NCBI GenBank assembly: GCA_049598575.1
Contig: JBMYNT010000002.1
Span: 699-64,698, forward strand
Direction of reading: 5' to 3'
DNA length: 64,000 bases
From: Candidatus Poseidoniaceae archaeon
Lineage (GTDB): Archaea > Thermoplasmatota > Poseidoniia > Poseidoniales > Poseidoniaceae
Shown here: positions 15,565 to 25,191 of the stretch, in pieces
How the letters are laid out: every line of letters begins with the position of its first letter
How positions within the stretch are numbered: the first letter of the stretch is position 1
Made by a program: the position numbers and the translations under genes
The notes under the pieces: model-generated
What the model was told of the DNA's origin: nothing
The model's database searches: none
The model's input: the letters and a program-made list of their open reading frames with translations, nothing else

Positions 15565-18365
15565 TGGTCACCTCCCATTTGGCGTTGCTCCTTCTTCAGC
15601 CAAGCCTTTCCTGCAAGGCCAAGTTCAGCCAACTGCTCAGGCACGGGTTCAACAGCGGATTTCCATCCCTCGACCTGATCTTCGAGCGGTCGGTCTGGAT
15701 CGAAACCAAACAACACGCCGTTGACATATGCGCTGGTATCTTCGCTACGCTGTCGGCGACGGTCACGCTCCTTATGCTCTTGACCGCGTGCAACCAGTGC
15801 TGCTTGCAAGGGGCTATGCTCCAAACGAGGAGAAGGAAGTTCCGTTTCATCGATACCACCAAGCGATTTCGTCTTCGCAGAGATGGCTTTCCAAACAACA
15901 TCCGGCGTGAGCGGTAGTTCGCGAATGCGAACACCAATGGCATCGTAGACTGCGTTTACCACAGCAGGCAGAATTGGCAAGAGAGGTCCTTCACCAGCTT
16001 CCTTTGCACCGAATGGCCCTTCTGGATCTGATGATTCAACAATGATTGGTGTTACATGAGGCATTTCATGAACGGATGGGATTTTGTATTCTAGGAGATT
16101 TGGATTTTGCAAATGTCCTGTCCGTCCGTACACCATCTTCTCGGAAAGGACTTGGCCGAGTCCCATGTGACAGGAACCGATGATTTGTCCCTCGACCGCT
16201 AAGGGATTGAGTGCCTTGCCACAGTCATGTGCAGCCCAAACATTGGTACACGAGACGAGGCCTGTTTCAACATCAACATCGACTTCTGCAACGTAAGCAG
16301 AGAACGAATATGCTGGAGCAAGTCCTGCTGCTGCACCTTTGTGAACGCCACCCATTGGTGGTGATCGGTATGCTCCGCTTGAAATAAGCGAACCCTTGTC
16401 TTCTTGCGCCTTGTGAAGTGCTTCGAGGTAGGATACGCCAACAGCGGGGTCGTGCTTGTAGTAAATTCGACGATCGTTGAGAACGAGAACATCAGGGTGA
16501 TATCCCAACATTTCCCAAGCCGCATTGAGAAGTTTCTCGCGAATGTCAAGTGCTGCTCGAATCGCAGCATTGGCGTTCATGAAGGTTACACGACTCGAGT
16601 AAGAACCGAGGTCAACGGGACTAGTGTCACTCTCATGCGATCGAACGTGAATCATCTCAATAGGAAGAGCAAGTACTTCTGAAACAACTTGTGCAATCGC
16701 TGTGGTCGAACCCTGTCCAATGTCCGCAGCACCTGTATGAACCGTTACACCTCCATCCATGTCGATTTGAATGTGAACGGTTGCATGTGGGAATCGATTT
16801 GGGTCCCAGTGAATTGGTAGACCCGAACCCGAAATGAAGAAACCACAGCCAATTCCAATTCCTTTTCCGAGTGGCATTTGCCGGAACTTTGTGTCCCAAT
16901 CCGAACCTTCTCGAACGCGCTCAAGCGCTTCTCGCATGCCGTTTGAAGTGATGCGGAAACCAGAGATGGTTCGGCTGTGCGGAGGAAGCAAATTCGCCAA
17001 ACGTAGGTCGATTGGATCAACTTGCATTTGTTCAGCCATTTCATCGAGACCGACTTCAACTGCACAGCGGGTATTGACAGCCCCGTGCCCACGCATGGCG
17101 CCGCTTGCTGGTTTGTTCGTCCACACACGAGCACCAGTGTAGTGGAACGAACCGAGTTCGTACGGAGCAGTTGCGAGAACACCGTTGTAGTACGATGTGA
17201 CATGGCCGAAGGAGGCAAATCCGCCTCCGTCAATCAGTGCATCGATATCAAAGCCTGAAATTCGAGCCTCTTCATCTGCCGTCATCTTAACTTCGATGTA
17301 ACTTGGGTGTCGGCCTCGATTAATCCAATAGACCTCTTCTCGCGAGAAATTAATTCGAACTGGACGCCCTGCTTTGCGTGAGAGAATGGCTGCACACATC
17401 TCGTGCGGGAATGGGTCGGATTTGCCACCAAATCCCCCACCAACGAAGGTGCGAATGACGTTGATTTGGTGCATCGGAACTTCAAGGACCGTCGAAAGTG
17501 CTCGATGTGCATAATGCGGCACTTGTTGCGGAGTGTAGAGTTGCAAACGACCGTTTGGGTCCCAGTGGGCAACGACTGCGTGAGGTTCCGTGAATCCGTG
17601 ATGTACACCTTCCATTCGCCACTTTCCATGAGATGAAGCGGTTGGGTCATCGACGAGACTACGATCGCCGAATTCTTGGAATACACGCTTCTGAACATTG
17701 GTGGTTCCAACGTGATACTTTCCACGCCAATGAATTGGTTCGTCTTGGTCTTCCAACCCTTTTCGTGGATCGAAGACTGGGTCAAGAACTTCCCACTCAA
17801 TCTCAAACAGATTGAGTGCTTCCATGGCTGTCGCTTCATCAACGGCTGCCACACAGGCGACAAGATCACCCACATGGCGTACTTTCTCAACGGCCATAGC
17901 GTGTTCGTCTTTCGTTACAGGCAACACACCGAATGTGTTTGGTGCGTCGGCTCCTGTGGCTACTGCAAGAACGCCCGGGAGGGCTTCAACCTTTGAGGTG
18001 TCAATGGATTTGATTTTGGCATAGTGATGCGGTGAACGAAGAATCTTGCCAATGATTTCATTCGGAAGACGGACATCGTCGCCGTACCATGCTTGTCCAG
18101 TTACTTTTGCGTGAGAGTCAACGAGTGCTCTTGGTTTTCCAACTTCCGTACCCGTTCGGTATCTGTCGTGAATGTGGGATCCAGCTGGCTGAGGCTCTTT
18201 TCCGCCAACAGATTCTGGGATGGAATCGAGGTCACGAGGAGCCATGGTTGGCCGAGAGCCACCCGAGCCTGGCGGAGGGAACTTCTGCTTCCCTGCTACA
18301 CGCTTTCCGTCCTTTCGGACTTCACCCGAAGATGCACCTGGTTGTTGACGATATCCTCCAGCCAT
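15561..18365 (-). CDS. Xanthine dehydrogenase family molybdopterin-binding large subunit
   Basis: 934 aa counted from internal M34, since the longer track ORF would overlap the upstream gene. Aldehyde oxidase / xanthine dehydrogenase a/b hammerhead and MoCo-binding regions are present. No form-I CODH active-site loop (AYxCSFR) was seen. A ~70-aa low-complexity N-terminal extension is present. Confidence 0.85.
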   Translation of the reverse strand: MAGGYRQQPGASSGEVRKDGKRVAGKQKFPPPGSGGSRPTMAPRDLDSIPESVGGKEPQPAGSHIHDRYRTGTEVGKPRALVDSHAKVTGQAWYGDDVRLPNEIIGKILRSPHHYAKIKSIDTSKVEALPGVLAVATGADAPNTFGVLPVTKDEHAMAVEKVRHVGDLVACVAAVDEATAMEALNLFEIEWEVLDPVFDPRKGLEDQDEPIHWRGKYHVGTTNVQKRVFQEFGDRSLVDDPTASSHGKWRMEGVHHGFTEPHAVVAHWDPNGRLQLYTPQQVPHYAHRALSTVLEVPMHQINVIRTFVGGGFGGKSDPFPHEMCAAILSRKAGRPVRINFSREEVYWINRGRHPSYIEVKMTADEEARISGFDIDALIDGGGFASFGHVTSYYNGVLATAPYELGSFHYTGARVWTNKPASGAMRGHGAVNTRCAVEVGLDEMAEQMQVDPIDLRLANLLPPHSRTISGFRITSNGMREALERVREGSDWDTKFRQMPLGKGIGIGCGFFISGSGLPIHWDPNRFPHATVHIQIDMDGGVTVHTGAADIGQGSTTAIAQVVSEVLALPIEMIHVRSHESDTSPVDLGSYSSRVTFMNANAAIRAALDIREKLLNAAWEMLGYHPDVLVLNDRRIYYKHDPAVGVSYLEALHKAQEDKGSLISSGAYRSPPMGGVHKGAAAGLAPAYSFSAYVAEVDVDVETGLVSCTNVWAAHDCGKALNPLAVEGQIIGSCHMGLGQVLSEKMVYGRTGHLQNPNLLEYKIPSVHEMPHVTPIIVESSDPEGPFGAKEAGEGPLLPILPAVVNAVYDAIGVRIRELPLTPDVVWKAISAKTKSLGGIDETELPSPRLEHSPLQAALVARGQEHKERDRRRQRSEDTSAYVNGVLFGFDPDRPLEDQVEGWKSAVEPVPEQLAELGLAGKAWLKKEQRQMGGDQ

Positions 18366-18369
18366 GAAA

Positions 18370-18972
18370 TCACCTCGCATGACCAGGTGGCATCGATGGT
18401 TCATCAGGCCCTTCTGGGTGTGGATTTGGATGAGGGTCACTTGCTGGAGATGGTGTAGGCGCATCGCCTCGCTTGATTTCTGCGGCAGCTTCTATAGAAT
18501 CTAGAATTTGTTGATAGCCAGTGCATCGGCAAAGATTTCCTTCGATCGCACAAGCGATTTCATCACGTGTTGGATTCTCGTTTTCATTGAGAAGTGCTTC
18601 AGCACTCATGAGGAAACCCGGTGTGCAGAATCCACACTGAGAGCCACCATGTGTTGCAAAACATGTTTGAATCGGTGCGAGATGTGCGCCATCTGCAAGC
18701 CCTTCAACCGTCGTAATTGTTTGACCTTCGACTTGACCGGCTAGGCACAAACAAGAGAGACGAGGCTCACCATCGATGAGGACGGCACAGCAACCACATG
18801 TTCCCAAGTCGCAACCTCGCTTCACACCCAGCATACCTACTTCATCACGAAGAACGTCGAGCAAAATGGCATTGGATGGAGCGATAGCTTGGACATCTTG
18901 TCCGTTAACTGTCGCAGACCAAATCGTCTTCGGTGCAGATGGAATCATCGTTACGTATTCTTTTCCGACCAT
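18370..18972 (-). CDS. (2Fe-2S)-binding small subunit of the molybdo-hydroxylase (CoxS-like)
   Basis: CGxGxCGxC plant-ferredoxin-like and CxxC…C cluster motifs (GCDLGTCGCCAV…CGFCTPG…CRCTGY). It has a Pro-rich C-terminal tail. The stop lies 4 nt before the large-subunit start. Confidence 0.9.
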   Translation of the reverse strand: MVGKEYVTMIPSAPKTIWSATVNGQDVQAIAPSNAILLDVLRDEVGMLGVKRGCDLGTCGCCAVLIDGEPRLSCLCLAGQVEGQTITTVEGLADGAHLAPIQTCFATHGGSQCGFCTPGFLMSAEALLNENENPTRDEIACAIEGNLCRCTGYQQILDSIEAAAEIKRGDAPTPSPASDPHPNPHPEGPDEPSMPPGHAR

Positions 18973-19028
18973 GTTTCTCACCTTGTGAACTCCGTCTATG
19001 AATGTAGGGTATCACTCCAATCCATAGA

Positions 19029-21032
19029 TTATGCCTTCTCTTCCCAGAATGGGTTTTCAGACAAATCGGAATCGACTGCATCAACGATTTGAGCATCGAG
19101 GTATGACTGGAGGTCCTTACCAGCAAGCGTTCCTTCCTCTCGACTCGAGATGGTCGAAATCAAAAGGAGAACGGCAAGGAAGAGGATGATTCCACCGACT
19201 GAAACGGCCGCAATCGTCCCTGCTGAGAGTCCATCTTCAGAACTCGGCATCGGCGGGTTTGTATCATCGTCCATGACCATAATCTCTGCTGTAACAAGTG
19301 GCGAAGCGGAGGTCGTTCCGTCTTGATATTGAACACCTCGCAGCGAAATGGTATGATTGCCCATGATGGCGATACCCGGAAGATGCTCGATCTGGTGAAT
19401 GATGTCAATGATGGACAATTCTCCAGACGGGTCTCCTGGCTCATACGTGTGAATGTTGGACCAATCGTCGCGCAAATGATTGCTTCTCCATTGGACTGTT
19501 TCCATGTTTTCACTGACCTCGAAGACGATGCTGTCACCTCGTTCGAGATGAATTCGATTGTCGAGTGTTGCTGGTGTCGAAATGGTTACGCTGATGTTTG
19601 AGTTGAATACGTAGTCACGCTCAGCCGCTTCGAGCAACGCATCAAGGGCTCGGACCTCTCCGTGACCGTAGACGTTGTTCTGCCGATTCTTTGGAATCAA
19701 ATCCTCAGCGCACGGCTCGTTTGCACCCATGTAGTGGCACTGCCGATAGGTTGCAGTCTCTTGCATAATGTTTCGAATGTCGAACGGTGACAAATCCGGA
19801 TTCGCTTGCAACATCAGTGCCGCTACACCAGCCGCACCAGGAGTGGCCATGCTTGTACCACTAAAAGCGACGTAGCCATCACCAGTGTTGTGAGCGACCG
19901 ACATGACATCGGAACCGACATAGGCGATGTTTGGCTTGATTCGCCCTTCTTCAGTCGGCCCTTGGCTACTGTAGATGGCAATGCTTGAGTCCTTGTCCAA
20001 AGCGCCGACTGTAATGGCATCCTCAGCGCTACCCGGTGTTCCGATCTGTGCAGAGAAGGCACTGTTACCAGCAGCGATAAACAGAGCAATTCCTGCACGA
20101 ACCATTTCATTCGCATAGCGATTGACGCTGTCCTCTTCGGATGAAGTCCATTCGATTGCACCAGGTCCACCAAGGCTCATCGATGCTGCTCGGATATTGA
20201 ATTCGTATCGCTTTTCAACGGTCCATTCCATTCCTGCCATGACGGTTGCAAAGGAACCGCTACCACCTGCATCGAGAACTTTGACACCCACCAAGGAAGC
20301 CTGTGGCGCCATGCCAGGATGGTCGTAGGTTGGGGCACCCGTTCCTGCGGTTGTCCCTGCACAGTGGGAACCGTGTCCTTGGTCATCGTATGGGAAAATC
20401 TCGGTCCCGTTGGTCAAACTTGGATTGTTAACTGGGTCGTAAAATGCAATGACTTTCGGGTCGTATGTGGTTGGATCGTCGTCCTGATCGTCAAGACTGG
20501 AGTGGTTCCCGTCAATACCTGTATCGATGATTGCCACAGTTGTGCCTGAGCCGTCGTAACCCGTCTCTGCCCAAGCTGTATCAACACCATGTAGGACAGC
20601 GGCATCGCCGTTCGTGACCGAGAGGATGCCATCAAGTTCGAGCATGACAACCCCAGGGAGTTGAGATGCTTCAAGGACGTAACCGACTGGAACTCGGCCA
20701 GCGAGCGCATCGATGCCTTTCAGTGTCCATTGATGACGGTACTCAACAGCCTCCTCAAGCATCTTGATTTCAGCATCGCCAGGTGTGAATGAGAAGTCAA
20801 TGATCAACGGAAGCGTCTTGTCCTCGTCGAGGAAAAGCGGGTTCTTTTGATGCACCTCGATCATGTCTCCAATGCCATTCCCGTCACGGTCGACGGTTGT
20901 TTCAACCCACCAGCCTTCTTCGCCTGAATCTTGGTTGGATTCCAAAGGTACTGTAGCGAGAACTGTGGGTAACACAAACATGGTGAGACAAAGGATTGTT
21001 AGCGTCAATCTTGTTGACTTCGCACGGGCCAT
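19029..21032 (-). CDS. Subtilisin-like serine protease (S8, halolysin-like) with signal peptide and C-terminal TM anchor
   Basis: Catalytic triad contexts VAIIDTGID, HGSHCAGT, GTSMATPG. N-terminal signal MARAKSTRLTLTILCLTMFVLPTVLA. C-terminal TM GGIILFLAVLLLISTI plus a 45-aa tail. Confidence 0.9.
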   Translation of the reverse strand: MARAKSTRLTLTILCLTMFVLPTVLATVPLESNQDSGEEGWWVETTVDRDGNGIGDMIEVHQKNPLFLDEDKTLPLIIDFSFTPGDAEIKMLEEAVEYRHQWTLKGIDALAGRVPVGYVLEASQLPGVVMLELDGILSVTNGDAAVLHGVDTAWAETGYDGSGTTVAIIDTGIDGNHSSLDDQDDDPTTYDPKVIAFYDPVNNPSLTNGTEIFPYDDQGHGSHCAGTTAGTGAPTYDHPGMAPQASLVGVKVLDAGGSGSFATVMAGMEWTVEKRYEFNIRAASMSLGGPGAIEWTSSEEDSVNRYANEMVRAGIALFIAAGNSAFSAQIGTPGSAEDAITVGALDKDSSIAIYSSQGPTEEGRIKPNIAYVGSDVMSVAHNTGDGYVAFSGTSMATPGAAGVAALMLQANPDLSPFDIRNIMQETATYRQCHYMGANEPCAEDLIPKNRQNNVYGHGEVRALDALLEAAERDYVFNSNISVTISTPATLDNRIHLERGDSIVFEVSENMETVQWRSNHLRDDWSNIHTYEPGDPSGELSIIDIIHQIEHLPGIAIMGNHTISLRGVQYQDGTTSASPLVTAEIMVMDDDTNPPMPSSEDGLSAGTIAAVSVGGIILFLAVLLLISTISSREEGTLAGKDLQSYLDAQIVDAVDSDLSENPFWEEKA

Positions 21033-21119
21033 GTTTCACCCAAGAAACACTATTGTTTGAAGTCTTTCAATTGGAGTGTTAAGAAATGAACATGAATTGC
21101 TACTAAAGTCATTAATGCT

Positions 21120-21156
21120 GGGTGTTAATTTATATCTTTAGTGATGCCAACAAGCA
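21120..21156 (+). promoter_or_regulatory. AT-rich TATA-like element (TTAATTTATATCTTTA) about 25-35 nt upstream of the giant membrane-protein start
   Basis: Its spacing is consistent with a haloarchaeal TATA box driving a leaderless or short-leader mRNA. It sits in a 124-nt divergent intergenic region shared with the halolysin gene. Confidence 0.3.
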
Positions 21157-21165
21157 TTGATTCAA

Positions 21166-24100
21166 ATGCCTGCACCACAGAGAAAACCCAAGCAAATGGT
21201 CTCAATTGCAAACGATGCAATCTTTGCAAAGGAAGAGGAAGAAATTCCATTCAAGCCAGTGATTGTTCGTGCCCCAGGACATACCAACGGAGATTCACTC
21301 GAACGTTTTACTGAGATAACGATGTTCGGCGTTGCGATGCTTTTCATATGGGGAGGGTTGTTTGGAATTGCCTTCGCAGATGGCGTCGGGGAGGAGAAAT
21401 TCGCATACCTTTTCGGAGGAGGACTACTTTCGGCAAGTATTGCTCTCTTTATGGTAGAGTTGCAGGCAAAAAAGAACGATTACCAACTGATGATTTCACA
21501 AAACTATCTACTTGGCATGTCTTTCTTCTTCATGGCAGTTGGAACACTTTGGGGCATCCGATATCTTGCAGGTTACTTCACGCTATCTGAATTTGAGTTT
21601 GATGGAAGCAAATTCACCATGCTAGGTTCTGTAGATGATTCTACTGGTGAATTTATTGCAAGTGCGAACTTAATCTACGCACAGAGTCTTGGTGCCTTCG
21701 GGATGTGGCTCGCTCACCGCAAGATCCTCGAGCGTTACAAAGGCGACACATCATTTGGATGGGCTGTTGCTAGCTACATTCCGCTCGGATTGTTGCTTGT
21801 TGGTGTTGGAACCTGGATTGAGTGGGCTGAGTACGAAGTATCCTATCCTCTTGGGACTGCAATCGTTGGATTGTGTGCACTTGCCATGTACAGCGCATTG
21901 ATGTCGAACAAATCGATCAATTTCGCTGTCGTCAGCGTCGTATCAGGCATCATTCCAATCATCTATGAAATTCTTAATGAAAACGCACCCACCGGAGGAG
22001 AAGGTGGAGCGCTTTCACTCCTCATCTTCATCATCATCATCCAGGGATACTTAGCAGGAAATGAACGATTAAAGCAGACATTGGCAGAAAAAATGTCCTT
22101 CTTCATGATCGGTGTTGTTGTTGTTGCTATGCTCATGGCGAGCTTGGAGAATCTCAATCTCATCATTGGCCCACTCAAGCCAACTGAAATCGGAAGCGGA
22201 AGTGCTGCGACGGTCTTGACGTTACCTGTTGCGCTTTGGATTACTGTCCTCTGCGCCTACTTTCCTGCAACACACAGAAACAGAGTCCCCGCAATGCCGA
22301 TTGGACTTGCGTTCTCGTTGTGGACGCTGGATGGTGATGAAGCGATCATCCCTTGGGTCATCGCATTGGTCATGATTTCCTACATGCTGTTTGCTGCAAA
22401 AGCAACACGAAAGTGGGTCGCAAATTTCACCATGTCAGCACTCTCCTTCTCGTACCTCTTTAGCGATCAGATAGGATATGGTGTCGATCAAATCGAGATG
22501 GACATCGCGATTGCCATCGGGATCGTTGTTATCGCTGAAACGGCAAGGAGATTGGACAAGATTTCCATTTGGAACAGTGTTCAAACGGTCACATTCATTG
22601 CACTCAGTTCGACCATCTTGGATTCTGAATACTGGTTTGTCACATGGATCTTCGTGATTTATCTCCTCGGCATGGTCTACGAATCAATGCTACGAGCACG
22701 AGGTAAGGACGACATCGAACGTCGAAATTCGACATTGGCTCTCATCACGGCCCTAGCCGTGAGCACTGGTTTGCTCTTGACTGGCAAACTCGACATTCCG
22801 GATTCCTACCAAATCTCGGCTTTGAATGGAGTTTCGCTTGAGTTCGTACTGCTTGGTCTCATTGTATACGGTCTGTTTAACACCGTACGCGATGTTGAAG
22901 TGGACATCGGGCAATTGATGTCTCTGCTCGAATTGAAAGCAGCTGGCACTTATAGCTACGATTCGGAAACAAATGCATGGTACATCAAGGAAGTTGATGA
23001 TGCCGATGTTTTCACTGACAGTTCAATTGGATCCATAGGCCGTATATCGATGGCCTTCTCGCTTCTAGCCATCACGATTGGTATCAGCATGCTGAACCCG
23101 GATGTATTGGTCGGGGATGCGTTCTACCTGGTAGGTTTGTATGCCATTCCAATTGGTCTTGTCATGTGGGAAATCAAATCCATGGATGTCATCTCTTCAC
23201 AGAGCAGAATGATTGGTGCCTTCATGCTCCTCATCGTTGCAGCCTCTTCCATTCCACTCATGTTCAATGTTGAACACACGGATGGCTTATTCAAGGCAGG
23301 AATCCTGTACGACATCATCTTCCTTTCTGCACCAATTGGTGCGTTTGTTCTCATCAACAAGCGAGGTCTAGATCGAGATCATTTGAGTCGGCCAGCAGAC
23401 CAAGTTATGCTCTGTGTTTTGTTGGTCATTGGAATGCTCGACCAATCTGGCGGTCTGCTCTTCCTTAGCATGTACGGGCTTGTCTCGATTACAGCCATTC
23501 AGTATCGACATCATGGCGTGACGCTCTTGGCTCCTCTTGCAACCATCTCGATGTATTGGACCTACGACCATGGTCTTGCTCATGCCTTCCTCGATTCGTT
23601 CTTCGACAATCCCAATGACATCACCGAAATCAGAATCCTTTGGTTTACTCGTGTGACTGGAATGCTTGTCGCAGCGCATATGCTGATGCCACTTGCATGG
23701 AGCGTTCGAGATGTCCAAAGCGATGAATACGTGGACAATCCGTTCCCATGGTTCTTGCCAATGATTTGGTTCTTGTTCGCCATTTGGGCCGTTCTTCCAT
23801 CGGCGTCTTGGTTGCCACTGGTCGCTTGTATCTTCGGTATCGCCAATGCATGGGTACGTGGAGATGTCAACCTGATGCCACTCCTTTCAGTTGGAATCAT
23901 TTTCTCGTTTATGATCGGGTTCGCTGATGGAGGGTACTTCACAGGAGACATCCTTGGATACTCGATGCTGTTCTCAGGTGTGATCATTTACGTTCTCTGG
24001 CTGGCAGAAGCCTATGGCATCATGCGCATGAATGTCCAAGATGAGGAACGGCTGGAAAAGCTCATGCCATACTCTTTGGACACACAATTACGCTTTTTGG

Positions 24101-25191
24101 CCATCTCAACGCTCCTTCTTTCGTTCGATGTTGTCAATGGCCTTGGCATGCTTGCTGGAAGTGGATGGGCCACCTATGAAGCCGTACAGAAGGGTGACAA
24201 AGTGTCTATTCTGTTCCTCCCTCTCATCGACGGGTTAACCGCAGCCAACCTCATCCATCAGTTCGAGGTTGGATCGGAGTCCTTGCGACAGTTCCTCATC
24301 GGAGGCATCTTCTTTGTCGAAGGTGCGGTCATGATTTACCTCTCATCGAAGACAGACCGAATCTATGATTCGAAGATTTTCACTTGGAAAGACGATGATG
24401 AGTTCTTTACCTTCATCGAGTACATGGGCTTCTCCGGAGTCGTCGCAGCATTGACCGGTGTCATTTACGCCTTTGGCCAGGATCAAACTGAGATTGCTTT
24501 CTTCTTGACTGCAGCCATCCTAACAGCTCTCGCCATTACTGGCTTTGATGAGACGCAAGCACAGGTTCGATGGCGACGTGGACTCGGCGTGTTTGGGTCC
24601 GTTTTGACAATGTTTAGCCTTTACATGTACTTGGATGCATCAGATGATGTCCTCTTCAGAAGTTTGACGCTTGTTCTCACTGGGTTGCTCGCTCTTGGCT
24701 ACGGCTTCATGTACATGCAACGCCGTTCAATGTTCGACGTACAGGATGTTGTTATCCCTCAGGTCTTTGGAAATACTGTTGTTCCTCAGCAACCAGTTCC
24801 CGAAGCGTCTCCAGACGATGACAAAGGCGTGGAAGAAGATGACATGGAAGAAGATGTTGTAGAGGAATCTGACGACATCCAAGAGCATGAAATCAAGACT
24901 GAGTCAATGTCTGTTGAGGAGAAAGGCAGCACGGATGCTGAAGAATTGGAACTCCTCAAGTTGGGCAAGGAACTTGAAGAAGAGTTGAATGAAATCGCCA
25001 AGCCAATTGGTAAGGCAACGACAAACAACATCGGTTACATCGAAACGATGGAAGGATTTGATGTCCGTCTGCCAAAGGAATCGATTGAACAGATCACTCG
25101 AACCATTGCCATGACACCGCATGAAGGTTTCAAACCGGTTGTCCGTGTCAACATGCTTGGACAGATCGTGCTTGATTTCGAACCGTTGTGA
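21166..25191 (+). CDS. Giant polytopic membrane protein (~1342 aa, more than 30 predicted TM helices) with an acidic C-terminal cytoplasmic tail; no recognisable family
   Basis: Hydrophobic ~20-aa segments recur continuously over ~1250 aa. The C-terminal ~120 aa are Asp/Glu-rich (DDDKGVEEDDMEEDVVEESDDIQEHE…). Track position 21157 is a TTG; the first ATG is at 21166. Confidence 0.7.
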   Translation: MPAPQRKPKQMVSIANDAIFAKEEEEIPFKPVIVRAPGHTNGDSLERFTEITMFGVAMLFIWGGLFGIAFADGVGEEKFAYLFGGGLLSASIALFMVELQAKKNDYQLMISQNYLLGMSFFFMAVGTLWGIRYLAGYFTLSEFEFDGSKFTMLGSVDDSTGEFIASANLIYAQSLGAFGMWLAHRKILERYKGDTSFGWAVASYIPLGLLLVGVGTWIEWAEYEVSYPLGTAIVGLCALAMYSALMSNKSINFAVVSVVSGIIPIIYEILNENAPTGGEGGALSLLIFIIIIQGYLAGNERLKQTLAEKMSFFMIGVVVVAMLMASLENLNLIIGPLKPTEIGSGSAATVLTLPVALWITVLCAYFPATHRNRVPAMPIGLAFSLWTLDGDEAIIPWVIALVMISYMLFAAKATRKWVANFTMSALSFSYLFSDQIGYGVDQIEMDIAIAIGIVVIAETARRLDKISIWNSVQTVTFIALSSTILDSEYWFVTWIFVIYLLGMVYESMLRARGKDDIERRNSTLALITALAVSTGLLLTGKLDIPDSYQISALNGVSLEFVLLGLIVYGLFNTVRDVEVDIGQLMSLLELKAAGTYSYDSETNAWYIKEVDDADVFTDSSIGSIGRISMAFSLLAITIGISMLNPDVLVGDAFYLVGLYAIPIGLVMWEIKSMDVISSQSRMIGAFMLLIVAASSIPLMFNVEHTDGLFKAGILYDIIFLSAPIGAFVLINKRGLDRDHLSRPADQVMLCVLLVIGMLDQSGGLLFLSMYGLVSITAIQYRHHGVTLLAPLATISMYWTYDHGLAHAFLDSFFDNPNDITEIRILWFTRVTGMLVAAHMLMPLAWSVRDVQSDEYVDNPFPWFLPMIWFLFAIWAVLPSASWLPLVACIFGIANAWVRGDVNLMPLLSVGIIFSFMIGFADGGYFTGDILGYSMLFSGVIIYVLWLAEAYGIMRMNVQDEERLEKLMPYSLDTQLRFLAISTLLLSFDVVNGLGMLAGSGWATYEAVQKGDKVSILFLPLIDGLTAANLIHQFEVGSESLRQFLIGGIFFVEGAVMIYLSSKTDRIYDSKIFTWKDDDEFFTFIEYMGFSGVVAALTGVIYAFGQDQTEIAFFLTAAILTALAITGFDETQAQVRWRRGLGVFGSVLTMFSLYMYLDASDDVLFRSLTLVLTGLLALGYGFMYMQRRSMFDVQDVVIPQVFGNTVVPQQPVPEASPDDDKGVEEDDMEEDVVEESDDIQEHEIKTESMSVEEKGSTDAEELELLKLGKELEEELNEIAKPIGKATTNNIGYIETMEGFDVRLPKESIEQITRTIAMTPHEGFKPVVRVNMLGQIVLDFEPL

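Noticed and set aside
18366-18464. 33-codon N-terminal extension of the Mo-subunit ORF (track start 18464)
   Set aside because: It would overlap the upstream 2Fe-2S gene by ~95 nt. The internal ATG at 18365 lies 4 nt after that gene's stop, which is the classic coupled arrangement.
14590-18972. Calling the molybdo-hydroxylase an aerobic carbon-monoxide dehydrogenase (coxMSL)
   Set aside because: No form-I AYxCSFR or form-II AYRGAGR active-site loop was recognised in the large subunit, and the gene order S-L-M is not the canonical cox M-S-L. A generic xanthine-dehydrogenase-family call is kept instead.
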